From: Minisyncoccota bacterium
Lineage (GTDB): Bacteria > Patescibacteriota > Microgenomatia > UBA1400 > PJMF01
Assembly: GCA_009991965.1 (NCBI GenBank)
Contig: JAACWQ010000007.1
Coordinates: 1 to 60,075, forward strand
Direction of reading: 5' to 3'
Length of the DNA stretch: 60,075 nucleotides
Positions 6,809-15,866 of this stretch are shown in pieces (within the stretch, counting starts at the first letter, position 1; each line of letters opens with the position of its first letter). The position numbers were made by a program, and so were the translations under genes. A model generated the notes under the pieces. That model saw only the letters and a list, made by a program, of their open reading frames with translations. It had not been told where the DNA came from and made no database searches.

Positions 6809-7996
6809 ATGCAAAAAAGACACATTTGGAAAAAATTGCTGCCAGAGATATCTACCAAAGAAATCTTAGTTATTACCGGACCACGACAGGTCGGGAAAAC
6901 CACCACCCTGCTATGGTTACTAGAACAGATCAAGGATACAAATAAAATATATCTTGACTTAGAAAACCTAGCAGATAGAGAACTATTTGAGATTAAGGAC
7001 TACAACACAGTCATCTCAGAACTCGAAAGTCGAGGCCTCACGACTGACCGAAAAATGTATATTGCACTCGATGAAATACAACTCCTACCCAACCTCCCGA
7101 GCATAGTCAAGTATTTATATGATCACTACAACATAAAATTTTTTCTCTCCGGATCAAGCTCATATTATATAAAGAATAGATTTACAGAATCGATGGCTGG
7201 CAGAAAAATTGTGTACGAGATGTTTCCGCTTTCATTCCAAGAGTTTTTGGATTTCAAAGACGTTGAGTATAAAATTGATACAAATATTTTTGAGAAAAAC
7301 TCATTTTCAGAACCTGCCTATCAAAAACTGTACATCCATTACCAAGAGTTTGTGGAGTTTGGCGGACTACCCCAGGTAGTACTTACCTCTAGCGTAGGGA
7401 GAAAACAACAACTACTCGAAGAAATTTTTAGCTCGTATATCAATATAGATGTCAACTCTATGGCAGATTTTAAATCAACCAAGGACCTAAGAAACGTCAT
7501 CAAGCTTCTGGCTACTCGTATTGGCAATAAACTAAATATCTCAGAAATAGGCAATATTGCTGGACTAAGCAGAATCACTGTAGAAAATTATATTGAATTT
7601 TTAGAGCAAACATATCTCATTTCTACTGTGTCTGTTTTTTCAACTTCAGAAGATGTCAAAACGCGCTTGCAAAAAAAGCTCTATTTTGTAGACACGGGAA
7701 TTGCCAACATCAATGCGGACCTATCTAGTGGCAGTAAATTTGAAAATACTATCCGACACCAATTACAGTTCTTGGGAAAAATTCAGTACTTTTCCGATAG
7801 GAATGGGGAAATTGACTTTATTCTAGATGATGGTTCAAAAAAAATAGCACTTGAGGTTAAAGAGACTCCAACAAAAACTGACTACACAACACTAACAAAG
7901 CGGGCAGCAAAGCTCCGGATACCTACTATCAGTGTCATTGGGCGTCAGCCTTCAGCAAATTTTACAAATTTTTTGTGGGGTGGATCAATTAGATAG
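6809..7996 (+). CDS. AAA ATPase (AAA_14) + DUF4143 / PD-(D/E)xK-like domain, paralogue 3 (AT-rich)
   Basis: Walker A ITGPRQVGKTTTL, Walker B IALDEIQ, C-terminal EIDFILDDGSKKIALEVK. Start moved to MQKRHIWKK (Met27 of the tracked ORF) on promoter geometry and alignment with the paralogues. Confidence 0.85.
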   Translation: MQKRHIWKKLLPEISTKEILVITGPRQVGKTTTLLWLLEQIKDTNKIYLDLENLADRELFEIKDYNTVISELESRGLTTDRKMYIALDEIQLLPNLPSIVKYLYDHYNIKFFLSGSSSYYIKNRFTESMAGRKIVYEMFPLSFQEFLDFKDVEYKIDTNIFEKNSFSEPAYQKLYIHYQEFVEFGGLPQVVLTSSVGRKQQLLEEIFSSYINIDVNSMADFKSTKDLRNVIKLLATRIGNKLNISEIGNIAGLSRITVENYIEFLEQTYLISTVSVFSTSEDVKTRLQKKLYFVDTGIANINADLSSGSKFENTIRHQLQFLGKIQYFSDRNGEIDFILDDGSKKIALEVKETPTKTDYTTLTKRAAKLRIPTISVIGRQPSANFTNFLWGGSIR

Positions 7997-7999
7997 AAG

Positions 8000-8407
8000 T
8001 TACCGCCCGCAAACGTAGTACACATTTGCAACTACTCCATCGCACTTTGCTCGGGATTCTGTAATATCTGGGTCGTCAGTGTTGTTGAGCAAAACGTACA
8101 GATTGTAGGAATCCTCACTATTCTGAATATATACAGCGTCTGCGGGTGTATCAGTTGAGTATGTTCCATTTGTGAACTCATCATGTGAAGAAAGGTCAGC
8201 TGGATACGCCTGATGATCATTATAATACAGGCGCAACGCCGACTGAAAGTCCTTGAGATCCGCCTTCTTGCGCGCATCGGCAGCTCGGCCACGAATACCC
8301 ACTAAATTAGGTAATAAAATAGCAGTCAAAACTGCAATAATTGAGATCACAACGAGTAATTCAATGAGCGTAAAGGCCCTTAGATAACGAATATTTCTAG
8401 AATGCAT
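8000..8407 (-). CDS. Type IV pilin-like / pseudopilin protein
   Basis: N-terminal class III signal RAFTLIELLVVISIIAVLTAILLPNL (prepilin cleavage/methylation motif). Confidence 0.8.
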   Translation of the reverse strand: MHSRNIRYLRAFTLIELLVVISIIAVLTAILLPNLVGIRGRAADARKKADLKDFQSALRLYYNDHQAYPADLSSHDEFTNGTYSTDTPADAVYIQNSEDSYNLYVLLNNTDDPDITESRAKCDGVVANVYYVCGR

Positions 8408-8945
8408 CTTCTTCTCCTACCCCAGTAACAGTTGGTGCTGGGGAGTTAGTGCTTGTAATAGCAAAATTACACTTTACCCCATCTGCACAAACTGAACCTC
8501 CATACTCCCCTGGAGCGCCCTCGCTTGTTTTGGCCGCTTGCAGATCATTAGAGTTCTCAAGCCTTGCATACAAAACATAGCGCGATCCATCACTATAATA
8601 GTAGTAATTATAGGCAGTTTTATCAATTGGTAGCGTTGCCATATAAATCGTAGTACCAGTTTTCCATTCACTTCCCCACTCACAAGCAGCAGCAGCGCAA
8701 CCCACAATCTTACCTGCAGCACTTACTGGATAAGCAGCATTGTCGTTATAGTACGTCTCCAGAGCAACTGCGATATTCTTGAGATCAGTTTTTCTCCGAG
8801 AATCTCGTGATTTTGTCTGACTGGAGGCAAAAGCACCAAGACCAATTGTCGCCAAAATACCAAGAATCGCAATCACGACCAACAGCTCCATGAGCGTGAA
8901 TCCACGGGAGAAAAATGAATGTTTTGACGACACAATATTCATCAT
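8397..8945 (-). CDS. Type IV pilin-like protein
   Basis: SRGFTLMELLVVIAILGILATIGLGAF prepilin N-terminus. Followed by the same ...DSRRKTDLKNIAVALETYYND helix pattern seen in its neighbours. Confidence 0.8.
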   Translation of the reverse strand: MMNIVSSKHSFFSRGFTLMELLVVIAILGILATIGLGAFASSQTKSRDSRRKTDLKNIAVALETYYNDNAAYPVSAAGKIVGCAAAACEWGSEWKTGTTIYMATLPIDKTAYNYYYYSDGSRYVLYARLENSNDLQAAKTSEGAPGEYGGSVCADGVKCNFAITSTNSPAPTVTGVGEEDAF

Positions 8946-8950
8946 ATACC

Positions 8951-9634
8951 TTAGTTATAACAATTAGCTATACATGCGCCTTGTGAGTTCGCGCCGTGAT
9001 AGTCTCTGTTGCATGTATTTGGGAAACCATTAATTATTTCTGTGCAAGACTGATTACTCAGCACACAGCACCAATCAAGTCCTGGTCCTGGCTCACCACC
9101 ACCTTCAGCGCCACCTTCGCCTTCGGCAACGCCACCTAACCCAAGAACCAAACCCTCGAGTGAAACTGCCGCTCCTTGTGCAACCCCGTAATCATAGATA
9201 ACCTCACCATCCACAATTCCACAGCCATTCTCGCCACCACAGTTGATCGCTATGCTAGCGTCGCTATGGTCTCGCTCCAGATCGGTAAGTATTCTATAGC
9301 CGAGTACTGGACAGGCAGGAGCGTCTCCGCCAAGCACACTATATAAATAAGGACCTTTCGTGAGCGGATCGCAGGGTACACTGCCTATATAGTCGTCCAA
9401 AATGGTGCTGCCTCCCCCACCGCAGTACAGCTCGAGTGTATCTGTGGGGGGATAACACGAGTGATCATTATAGTAATCCTCAAATACCACTTTCAGTTTG
9501 CTCAAGTCGCTGAGCCGCTTGCTATCTCTTCCCCGAGAGATCTGGGGAGCCATAAAAAAGTAACCCGCGATCAGTAGGAGGCCCAAGATAGCCACTATGA
9601 TAAGCACCTCAATCAGTGAAAAACCCTTTCTCAT
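8951..9634 (-). CDS. Type IV pilin-like protein with a Gly/Glu-rich linker and a Cys-rich C-terminal module
   Basis: MRKGFSLIEVLIIVAILGLLLIAGYF prepilin N-terminus. C-terminus ...GGAEGGGEPGPGLDWCCVLSNQSCTEIINGFPNTCNRDYHGANSQGACIANCYN. Confidence 0.8.
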   Translation of the reverse strand: MRKGFSLIEVLIIVAILGLLLIAGYFFMAPQISRGRDSKRLSDLSKLKVVFEDYYNDHSCYPPTDTLELYCGGGGSTILDDYIGSVPCDPLTKGPYLYSVLGGDAPACPVLGYRILTDLERDHSDASIAINCGGENGCGIVDGEVIYDYGVAQGAAVSLEGLVLGLGGVAEGEGGAEGGGEPGPGLDWCCVLSNQSCTEIINGFPNTCNRDYHGANSQGACIANCYN

Positions 9635-9700
9635 ATATGCACCAGTGTATCATTTTTCGGTCTGGCTTGCCTGTTTACAAAGCTGTTCATTCTTGCTTAA

Positions 9701-11773
9701 ATGAGACTCGCTAAAAGGAAAGAAAAAATGCAGCAATCAGACATGATTTCAAAAATAACACTCGGTGTTTTTGCTGTAGCGCTCGTCATCTTAGTCATTG
9801 GACTTTTTCCATTTACCGACAACTTCGTTTTCCAGAGTAAAACATACTTTCTGTTTGGTTTTACTGGTCTTATCGGTCTACTTTTTGCAGTAAGATCGAT
9901 GCGCAAACAAGCCATCTCAATTCTCTGGTCACCACTTTCGCTGCCAATTTTGTTGTTTGGCACCAGCATGCTCGCCTCGAGCTTACTCACCAACTCGTAT
10001 CCTCAAGAAAGCCTGCTCACCATGGGTGGCGTATTTATCGCTGGTAGTATCATTGCGCTTCTTGGTGGAACCATCCTGCCAAAAACCGCTGGCTCTGTGC
10101 TCCTCAAGACAATTGCTGTTGCAGGCGTACTCCTGACTGCAAGCACCGCCCTCCAATTGCTTGGATTTGGTCCAAGCAAACTACTCGAACCAATCTTTGG
10201 TCTAGCTTTGCCACACACGGTAGATTTCAACCTGACTGGCTCATCTTTCGTTGCTTTACAGGTGCTGTTGGTTGCAGCTGTTGGACTCGTAGCAACCATA
10301 CTACAAAACAAACACATTTCAAAGTTTTCTGCGGTGGTGCTGCCAATCCTTATCATTGGCATTGCGCTGCACGGCTGGACATTACTGCCCGGCAAACCAA
10401 GCGCACTCCTCTTACCTTCGCTCAAAGCCAGCTGGTCGGTTGCACTCGATACTATTCGTGAGCCTCGTGCTGCTCTTATCGGTGTCGGTCCTGCTGCGTA
10501 TGGCAATGTCTACCTCAAGTTTAAACCACTTTGGGTCAATACAACACCAAGCTGGAATCTTCAATTCTCTCAGGCTGCAAACGTACCACTGTATATGCTC
10601 ACAATTGGTGGTTTCATCGGTCTTGGTTCTTGGTTGTTTTTACTCGTCCGAATGTTCGCCGTAAACAAACAAAGTCGCAAAGATTCTCGTGCCGTGATTC
10701 TTACAGCACTTGTTTGTGGTCTGCTCCAATTCTTTGTGCCAACAAACGTAGTTCTCATTGGCCTGCAGTTCATATTGCTGACTGCATTTCTAGCAGGTGA
10801 GGCCGATCGATACACCCTGTTTAATCTCAAGGCCCCTTCGCTTTCCATTACCAGCGAAAATGGACAAAATGTAGAGACTTCCAAGGCAGTGGCTCCCATC
10901 TACCTCATGGCGTTGGTCGTTGCCGTTGGGTTTGGCGCGCTCCTCTTTTTCGTCGGCAAAGCCTATGCTGCAGAGCTTGCAATCCACCAGGGAACACTCG
11001 CTGCACAAAACAACGATGGTCTTGCGGTCTACAGCAATCATCAAAAAGCGGTGACTTTAAATCCCTACCTCGATGATTTGCGCAGACAATATGCGCTTAC
11101 CAATATGCTGATTGCAGCCGCGCTATCAAACAAAACAGATGCAACAGAAGAGGAAAAAACCCAAGTTGGAGAACTGATGCAACAGGCGGTACGGGAAGCG
11201 CAATCTGCCACCACTCTCGACCCAACTGACGCACAAAACTGGGGAGTACTTGCACAAATTTATCAAAACATGATTGGTATCTCCGATCAAGCAAGTGAGT
11301 TTGCGATCCAATCCTACATTACAACGATTGAGAACGATCCAACCAATCCTACGCTGCGCATCAGCTTAGGTGGATTATTTCTCAACGGAGAAAAGTTTGA
11401 GCAGGCAGCTACACTCTTTCAACAGGCAACAGAGCTGAAACCAGATATGCCAAACGGCCACTATAACTTGGCTGTTGCGCTTATCAAGCTCAATCAGCTT
11501 GAGGCTGCCAGAACTTCTTATCAACAAGTGCTAGCGCTCCTTGACCCAGCCTCAGAAGATTACACTACGGTAAATACAGAGCTTGAGAAGCTTGAGACTG
11601 CGCTGGCAGAACAAGCAAAACAACAAGGAGAACAAGCACCAGCTGAAGGACAAGATCCAAATGCACCAAGTATTACCGACCAAAATGTGTCTCGTGCTGG
11701 ACAAAGCTTATCGCAACCATCTGGAGATGACGTACAGTTTCCAGCAGGAGCTGATTTAGCCCCCGCTCAATAG
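9701..11773 (+). CDS. Polytopic membrane protein, O-antigen-ligase (Wzy_C)-like, with C-terminal TPR repeats
   Basis: About 430 aa contain ~10 or more hydrophobic helices and a loop, ALIGVGPAAYGNVY...ANVPLYMLTIGGFIGL, that resembles the O-antigen ligase loop. The C-terminal ~200 aa are TPR-like (AQNWGVLAQIYQNMI..., PNGHYNLAVALIKLNQLEAA). The start may instead be Met10 (9728). Confidence 0.55.
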   Translation: MRLAKRKEKMQQSDMISKITLGVFAVALVILVIGLFPFTDNFVFQSKTYFLFGFTGLIGLLFAVRSMRKQAISILWSPLSLPILLFGTSMLASSLLTNSYPQESLLTMGGVFIAGSIIALLGGTILPKTAGSVLLKTIAVAGVLLTASTALQLLGFGPSKLLEPIFGLALPHTVDFNLTGSSFVALQVLLVAAVGLVATILQNKHISKFSAVVLPILIIGIALHGWTLLPGKPSALLLPSLKASWSVALDTIREPRAALIGVGPAAYGNVYLKFKPLWVNTTPSWNLQFSQAANVPLYMLTIGGFIGLGSWLFLLVRMFAVNKQSRKDSRAVILTALVCGLLQFFVPTNVVLIGLQFILLTAFLAGEADRYTLFNLKAPSLSITSENGQNVETSKAVAPIYLMALVVAVGFGALLFFVGKAYAAELAIHQGTLAAQNNDGLAVYSNHQKAVTLNPYLDDLRRQYALTNMLIAAALSNKTDATEEEKTQVGELMQQAVREAQSATTLDPTDAQNWGVLAQIYQNMIGISDQASEFAIQSYITTIENDPTNPTLRISLGGLFLNGEKFEQAATLFQQATELKPDMPNGHYNLAVALIKLNQLEAARTSYQQVLALLDPASEDYTTVNTELEKLETALAEQAKQQGEQAPAEGQDPNAPSITDQNVSRAGQSLSQPSGDDVQFPAGADLAPAQ

Positions 11774-12964
11774 ACGCAAACACGTATTGTGGAGTAACTC
11801 CAAGTTATCGTGCGTTGCGGCACTGACCAACACTGGTGTAATGTCTGCGAACGTTTCTTTCTCAAGTAAGCTAAGCAATTCTTCCGAGTATAAGTCAGTT
11901 TTCGCGATACAAACTGCAGTCTCTATATCCAACAATGTTTTGTCATACGCAAGTAATTCATTACGTACGATCGAAAATTGCTCGTGCAGAGCTGTAATTT
12001 GCTCTGAAACAGGGGTCGTCAGTAGCTCGTCGGCTACTGAAAGCACATAGATAAGACCGCGGCAATGGCGGACATGACGCAAGAACGAAAGACCGAGGCC
12101 TCTGCCCTCACTCGCCCCAGAGATTAAGCCGGGAATATCTGCCACCACGCACTCTTGAGAACGATCTTCACTCACCAACATACCAAGCTGTGGCTCGAGG
12201 GTGGTAAATGGATACGCTCCAATGGCTGGTGTCGCCTGAGTAAGTACAGACAAAAGCGTGCTCTTGCCCACATTTGGCAAACCAATCAATCCAACATCTG
12301 CCAGCAATTGTTGCTCGAGAATCACCCAACGATCTTCACCAGGCGTACCATACTCGGCGCGCAGCGGCGTCGTCTCACGAGAACTTTTGAACAACTGATT
12401 TCCTCGACCGCCAAATCCGCCCTGACAAATAATCACTTCTTGGCCAGGTTCACTCAGGGTCGCAACCAATTTGTAGCCCGAAGATGCGAGATCCAAATTG
12501 GCCAACACTTTTGTTGTGAGGTTGTTTGGTTCCTCTGCTGCATCTTGGAGAGCTGGAGGGATTGGCGCTCCTTCTTTCTCGAGCAAAAACTGTGATCTTT
12601 CGACCAATTTGCTCGGAATTTTTTTTTCTAATCCTATGGAAAGACGCCGTTTCTGAGCTGGAGTATTTTCACTCACTTGCCAAACGCAGGTACCGACTGG
12701 CACCGAGACCACGACGTTTTCTGCTGCAGCTCCAGTACAATTTTTTGCACCACCTGCTTTGCCTGGCTCTGCCGAGATTGCATTGAGGCCAGAGTAACGC
12801 TTGAGGGTGCTTTGGCCGGCGTCAGCCCGCAAAATAATTGAGCCACCATTGCCTCCGGTGCCACCATCTGGTCCACCCTTGAGAATATACTTGGATCGAT
12901 GAAATGAGACGCGCCCTATGCCGCCTGAGCCTGCCTGTAGTTGAAGTGCAACAATATCAATCAT
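11756..12964 (-). CDS. obg: GTPase Obg/CgtA
   Basis: Obg fold (GSGGIGRVSFHRSKYILKGGPDGGTGGNGGSIIL) followed by a G domain (GLIGLPNVGKSTLLS, DIPGLI). Contains a ~60-aa insertion inside the Obg fold. Confidence 0.9.
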   Translation of the reverse strand: MIDIVALQLQAGSGGIGRVSFHRSKYILKGGPDGGTGGNGGSIILRADAGQSTLKRYSGLNAISAEPGKAGGAKNCTGAAAENVVVSVPVGTCVWQVSENTPAQKRRLSIGLEKKIPSKLVERSQFLLEKEGAPIPPALQDAAEEPNNLTTKVLANLDLASSGYKLVATLSEPGQEVIICQGGFGGRGNQLFKSSRETTPLRAEYGTPGEDRWVILEQQLLADVGLIGLPNVGKSTLLSVLTQATPAIGAYPFTTLEPQLGMLVSEDRSQECVVADIPGLISGASEGRGLGLSFLRHVRHCRGLIYVLSVADELLTTPVSEQITALHEQFSIVRNELLAYDKTLLDIETAVCIAKTDLYSEELLSLLEKETFADITPVLVSAATHDNLELLHNTCLRLLSGG

Positions 12965-12978
12965 GCGCGCATTGTACC

Positions 12979-14085
12979 TTACCTGAGAGAACTCTGTGGA
13001 TTTAGGAGCACACCACCCTGTCTGATCTCAAAATGGAGATGTGTGCCTGTCGAGCGACCAGTATTTCCCATTTGCCCTATGACGTCTCCTCTGTTGACGC
13101 GTTGACCTGGTTGAACCTGGATTACAGATAAATGGGCGTAGAGTGTTTGTGAGCCGTTGCCATGATCCACCATGATTCGATTGCCGTAACCGAAACCATC
13201 GAGCCAACCTGCCTGTGTCACAACACCAGAGTCTGCTGCCACAATTGGACCGCCAGAACCGTTCGCAATATCAATTGCCTTGTGATAGAAACTGTAGCTC
13301 TGTGTGATTCTGCCAGCAGCTGGCCAAACAAAGGAGCCAAATGCGGTGACCGAACCAGCGTCTGGTGTCAAACGAGCTGTGGTTGTTTGACGAATACCAG
13401 TGCTCGAAACTGCAACCCTGACACCATTTGGCACAACCAAAAACTGCCCTGTGGCGAGCTCAAACGTTTCGTCATTCAGGAAATCATTAAAGGGATAGTC
13501 AACCAACACCTGGACTTCTGAGCCCTCGAGACCATACTTTTTTCCAATTGAGTAAATTGTTTCACCTCGAGCCACTTTGTGCCGTATGCCATCGACGGGT
13601 AAAATACGCAATTCCTGGCCAGGCTGCAACTTACTTTTCTCGGTCAAGTCGTTTTCCCACAACAAAGTATTTACTTGGAGGCCATAGCGTTCGGCAATAC
13701 TAGAAAGCGTCTCTCCCTCTACTACAGAGTGCAAAAGCACCTCGCCGCCACGAAACTGACGCACTTCTTCAGCCTGCTGCGTATAAAAACTTGTACTATA
13801 GCCACCACCATTGAGCACTCCAGATTCAGTTTGGAGTTCTTCGCCCTGATCTGCATATGAGATGACCTTCGGCCCAATGATAATCGTAAAAAAAATCAGG
13901 CCGACCGTGCCGACGTGTAAAAATGGGCGGACGTATCGACCGCGTTTTTTATACAACGCGTCAACTAGCGTACTCTTTACAACTTCAAAATGGGTAAATA
14001 ATCGATAGCCACGAAACCTGATATACGCCCGCAATGAGTAAAAAAACGGTAAAAACTCTCTAGTGATGCTCATGTTCGCTCGCAT
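12979..14085 (-). CDS. Membrane-anchored LysM (x2) + M23 family metallopeptidase
   Basis: LysM segments (VVEGETLSSIAERYGLQVNTLLWEN and VARGETIYSIGKKYGL). M23 motifs (HKAIDIA, GNTGRSTGTHLHFEIRQGG). Confidence 0.85.
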   Translation of the reverse strand: MRANMSITREFLPFFYSLRAYIRFRGYRLFTHFEVVKSTLVDALYKKRGRYVRPFLHVGTVGLIFFTIIIGPKVISYADQGEELQTESGVLNGGGYSTSFYTQQAEEVRQFRGGEVLLHSVVEGETLSSIAERYGLQVNTLLWENDLTEKSKLQPGQELRILPVDGIRHKVARGETIYSIGKKYGLEGSEVQVLVDYPFNDFLNDETFELATGQFLVVPNGVRVAVSSTGIRQTTTARLTPDAGSVTAFGSFVWPAAGRITQSYSFYHKAIDIANGSGGPIVAADSGVVTQAGWLDGFGYGNRIMVDHGNGSQTLYAHLSVIQVQPGQRVNRGDVIGQMGNTGRSTGTHLHFEIRQGGVLLNPQSSLR

Positions 14086-14101
14086 TCTAACAAAGAAGCG
14101 G

Positions 14102-15307
14102 TTAGGACTTCAATGAGGCCAAAAATTCTTTGTTGGTCTTGGTGCGTCGCAAGCGATTGATTAGCGTTGTCGTGCGCTCTTCTCTATCGAGCATGTCGAG
14201 CATTCGATGCAAAGTGGTGATCGATTGGTACTCTACCGAGTCAAACAGCAGATCATCTCTTCTGGTGCCAGAGCGTTGGACGTCGATAGCTGGGTGCACT
14301 CTTCGTTCGGCCAACTTGCGATCTAAGTGAATTTCTTGATTCCCTGTTCCCTTGAACTCTTCGTATACCAGATCATCCATGCGTGAGCCAGTGTCCACGA
14401 GGGCCGTACCGATAATGGTAAGACTTCCCGGGGTCTCGAGGTTACGCGCTGCGCCAAAGAACTTCTTTGGAGGAAATAATGCCGCAGGATCAAAACCACC
14501 TGAAAGCGTTCTGCCTGAGGTTGGTATAGAAAGATTGTATGCTCGCGCTAGTCGAGTAATGGAATCAAGCAAAATCATGACATCTTTGCCCTCTTCTACC
14601 ATGCGCTTCGCTTTTTCTAGCGCTAGCTCTGCTACCTGACATTGATCAGTCGCAGACTCGTCAAAATTACTTGCTGCAACTTCGCCATCACCATTAGTGA
14701 TTCGCTCGATGTGACGCTTAATGTCGGTAACTTCCTCTGGTCGTTCACCAACTAAAACAGCAATGATATGAATTTCTGGGTGATTACTGGCTGTACCAGT
14801 CGCAATATCTTTCAGCAACGTAGTTTTTCCAGCTTTTGGCGGAGAAACAATTAAACTACGTTGGCCTTTTCCGATTGGAGCTACTAGATCAATAATACGA
14901 AGTGAAATTAAATCATCGCCAGATTCCAACTTGATTTGCTTATCTGGATAGACGGGTGTAAATGACTGAAATTTGTTGCGAAAAAGCGTTTGGTGTTCCG
15001 CCACTGGTCTACCATTTACTGTCTCTACCTGCATGAAACCCCAATAGCGCTCGTTTTCTTTTGGTTCACGAACTGGTCCAGTAAGCGTGTCACCAGGTCT
15101 AAGGTTAAACCTGCGAATCATCGAAGCAGCAATATAGGCATCTCGCTCGTCAAACCCACACATGCTGGCACGCACAACACCATGACCATCTCGAGAAGTA
15201 TCGAGCACACCAGTCAAAGTATTTTCTGCCTGTTTTTTCTGCTGTAGCGGCACAATTGGTACCACTTTTGGTGTTTGAACCACGTCTATTTTCTCATCTG
15301 CTTTCAT
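14102..15307 (-). CDS. rho: Transcription termination factor Rho
   Basis: RNA-binding domain followed by GQRSLIVSPPKAGKTTLL Walker A, ...LLDSITRLARAYN..., ...TGSRMDDLVYEEFKGTGNQEIHL. Confidence 0.95.
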   Translation of the reverse strand: MKADEKIDVVQTPKVVPIVPLQQKKQAENTLTGVLDTSRDGHGVVRASMCGFDERDAYIAASMIRRFNLRPGDTLTGPVREPKENERYWGFMQVETVNGRPVAEHQTLFRNKFQSFTPVYPDKQIKLESGDDLISLRIIDLVAPIGKGQRSLIVSPPKAGKTTLLKDIATGTASNHPEIHIIAVLVGERPEEVTDIKRHIERITNGDGEVAASNFDESATDQCQVAELALEKAKRMVEEGKDVMILLDSITRLARAYNLSIPTSGRTLSGGFDPAALFPPKKFFGAARNLETPGSLTIIGTALVDTGSRMDDLVYEEFKGTGNQEIHLDRKLAERRVHPAIDVQRSGTRRDDLLFDSVEYQSITTLHRMLDMLDREERTTTLINRLRRTKTNKEFLASLKS

Positions 15308-15587
15308 AAAAAAAGTCCTTATAGTTTGAAATTATTTGCCAATCTGTAGAGTCCGAAGGGAATGAATTGTGAGTAGTATGCCAGAAAAATGAGAATCTGT
15401 CAAAAAAACTCTTCAATCCTTAGTGGAAGCTCGGCTGCCTGCCCAACTCGCCGAACCTCCACTGAAAATTGATATAGTTGTAAGTAGAAAGATAGAATTT
15501 ACAAAACTATAGCGATACTGGTATTGTGTTCAAGTTATTGTCTTCGCATTCTTGATTTTATCAAAGGTGAAGACAACGTATGATAAA

Positions 15588-15634
15588 GGCATTATTACTC
15601 GTGGTCTGTCCAGCGGTAATAATGCTTTTTTCTT
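15588..15634 (+). terminator. Intrinsic-terminator-like hairpin on the plus strand inside the radA-rho intergenic region
   Basis: Perfect 10-bp stem GCATTATTAC (15588-15597) / GTAATAATGC (15615-15624) with a 17-nt loop, followed by TTTTTTCTTT. The U-tract is on the plus strand, although both flanking genes are on the minus strand. Confidence 0.4.
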
Positions 15635-15866
15635 TCCCAAACACTATTCCCTATCTCTAAATTCAGTCTATCTACTTTTAAAGAACACTTTTGAGTGCTT
15701 TGTTAGCCTTCGCACACAGAGTGATGGCAGTATAACTCTCTCCCAATTTTCAGTCAACCTATAGTTTTGTGTATGACTATCTTATAGTTATTTTAACTAT
15801 ACATTACTTGACTAATTACAAAAGTTTTCAACAACAATATTGTGATTGTATAGGGTGTGGAAAAGA

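Noticed and set aside
7969-7996. Possible fourth, very degenerate copy of the fibre gene-end repeat at the 3' end of ATPase-3 (ttttgtggggtggatcaattagatag, FLWGGSIR*)
   Set aside because: A by-eye alignment to tggtgggtggtaaattaa needs two gaps and gives only ~14/20 matches, which could be chance. It is worth a formal alignment but is not claimed.
15552-15764. 70-aa ORF in the radA-rho intergenic region
   Set aside because: It has no RBS, a TTG-type start and a low-complexity translation, and it spans the hairpin/terminator-like element. The region is more plausibly non-coding RNA or leader.
15308-15866. Possible tRNA, tmRNA, RNase P RNA or SRP RNA in the long intergenic gap
   Set aside because: I looked on both strands and found none of the expected motifs: the T-loop GGTTCGA-type motif, the tmRNA ends, the RNase P GAGGAAAGUCC core, or the SRP GGAA/AGCA loop motif. 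The region is reported only as unassigned structured RNA.
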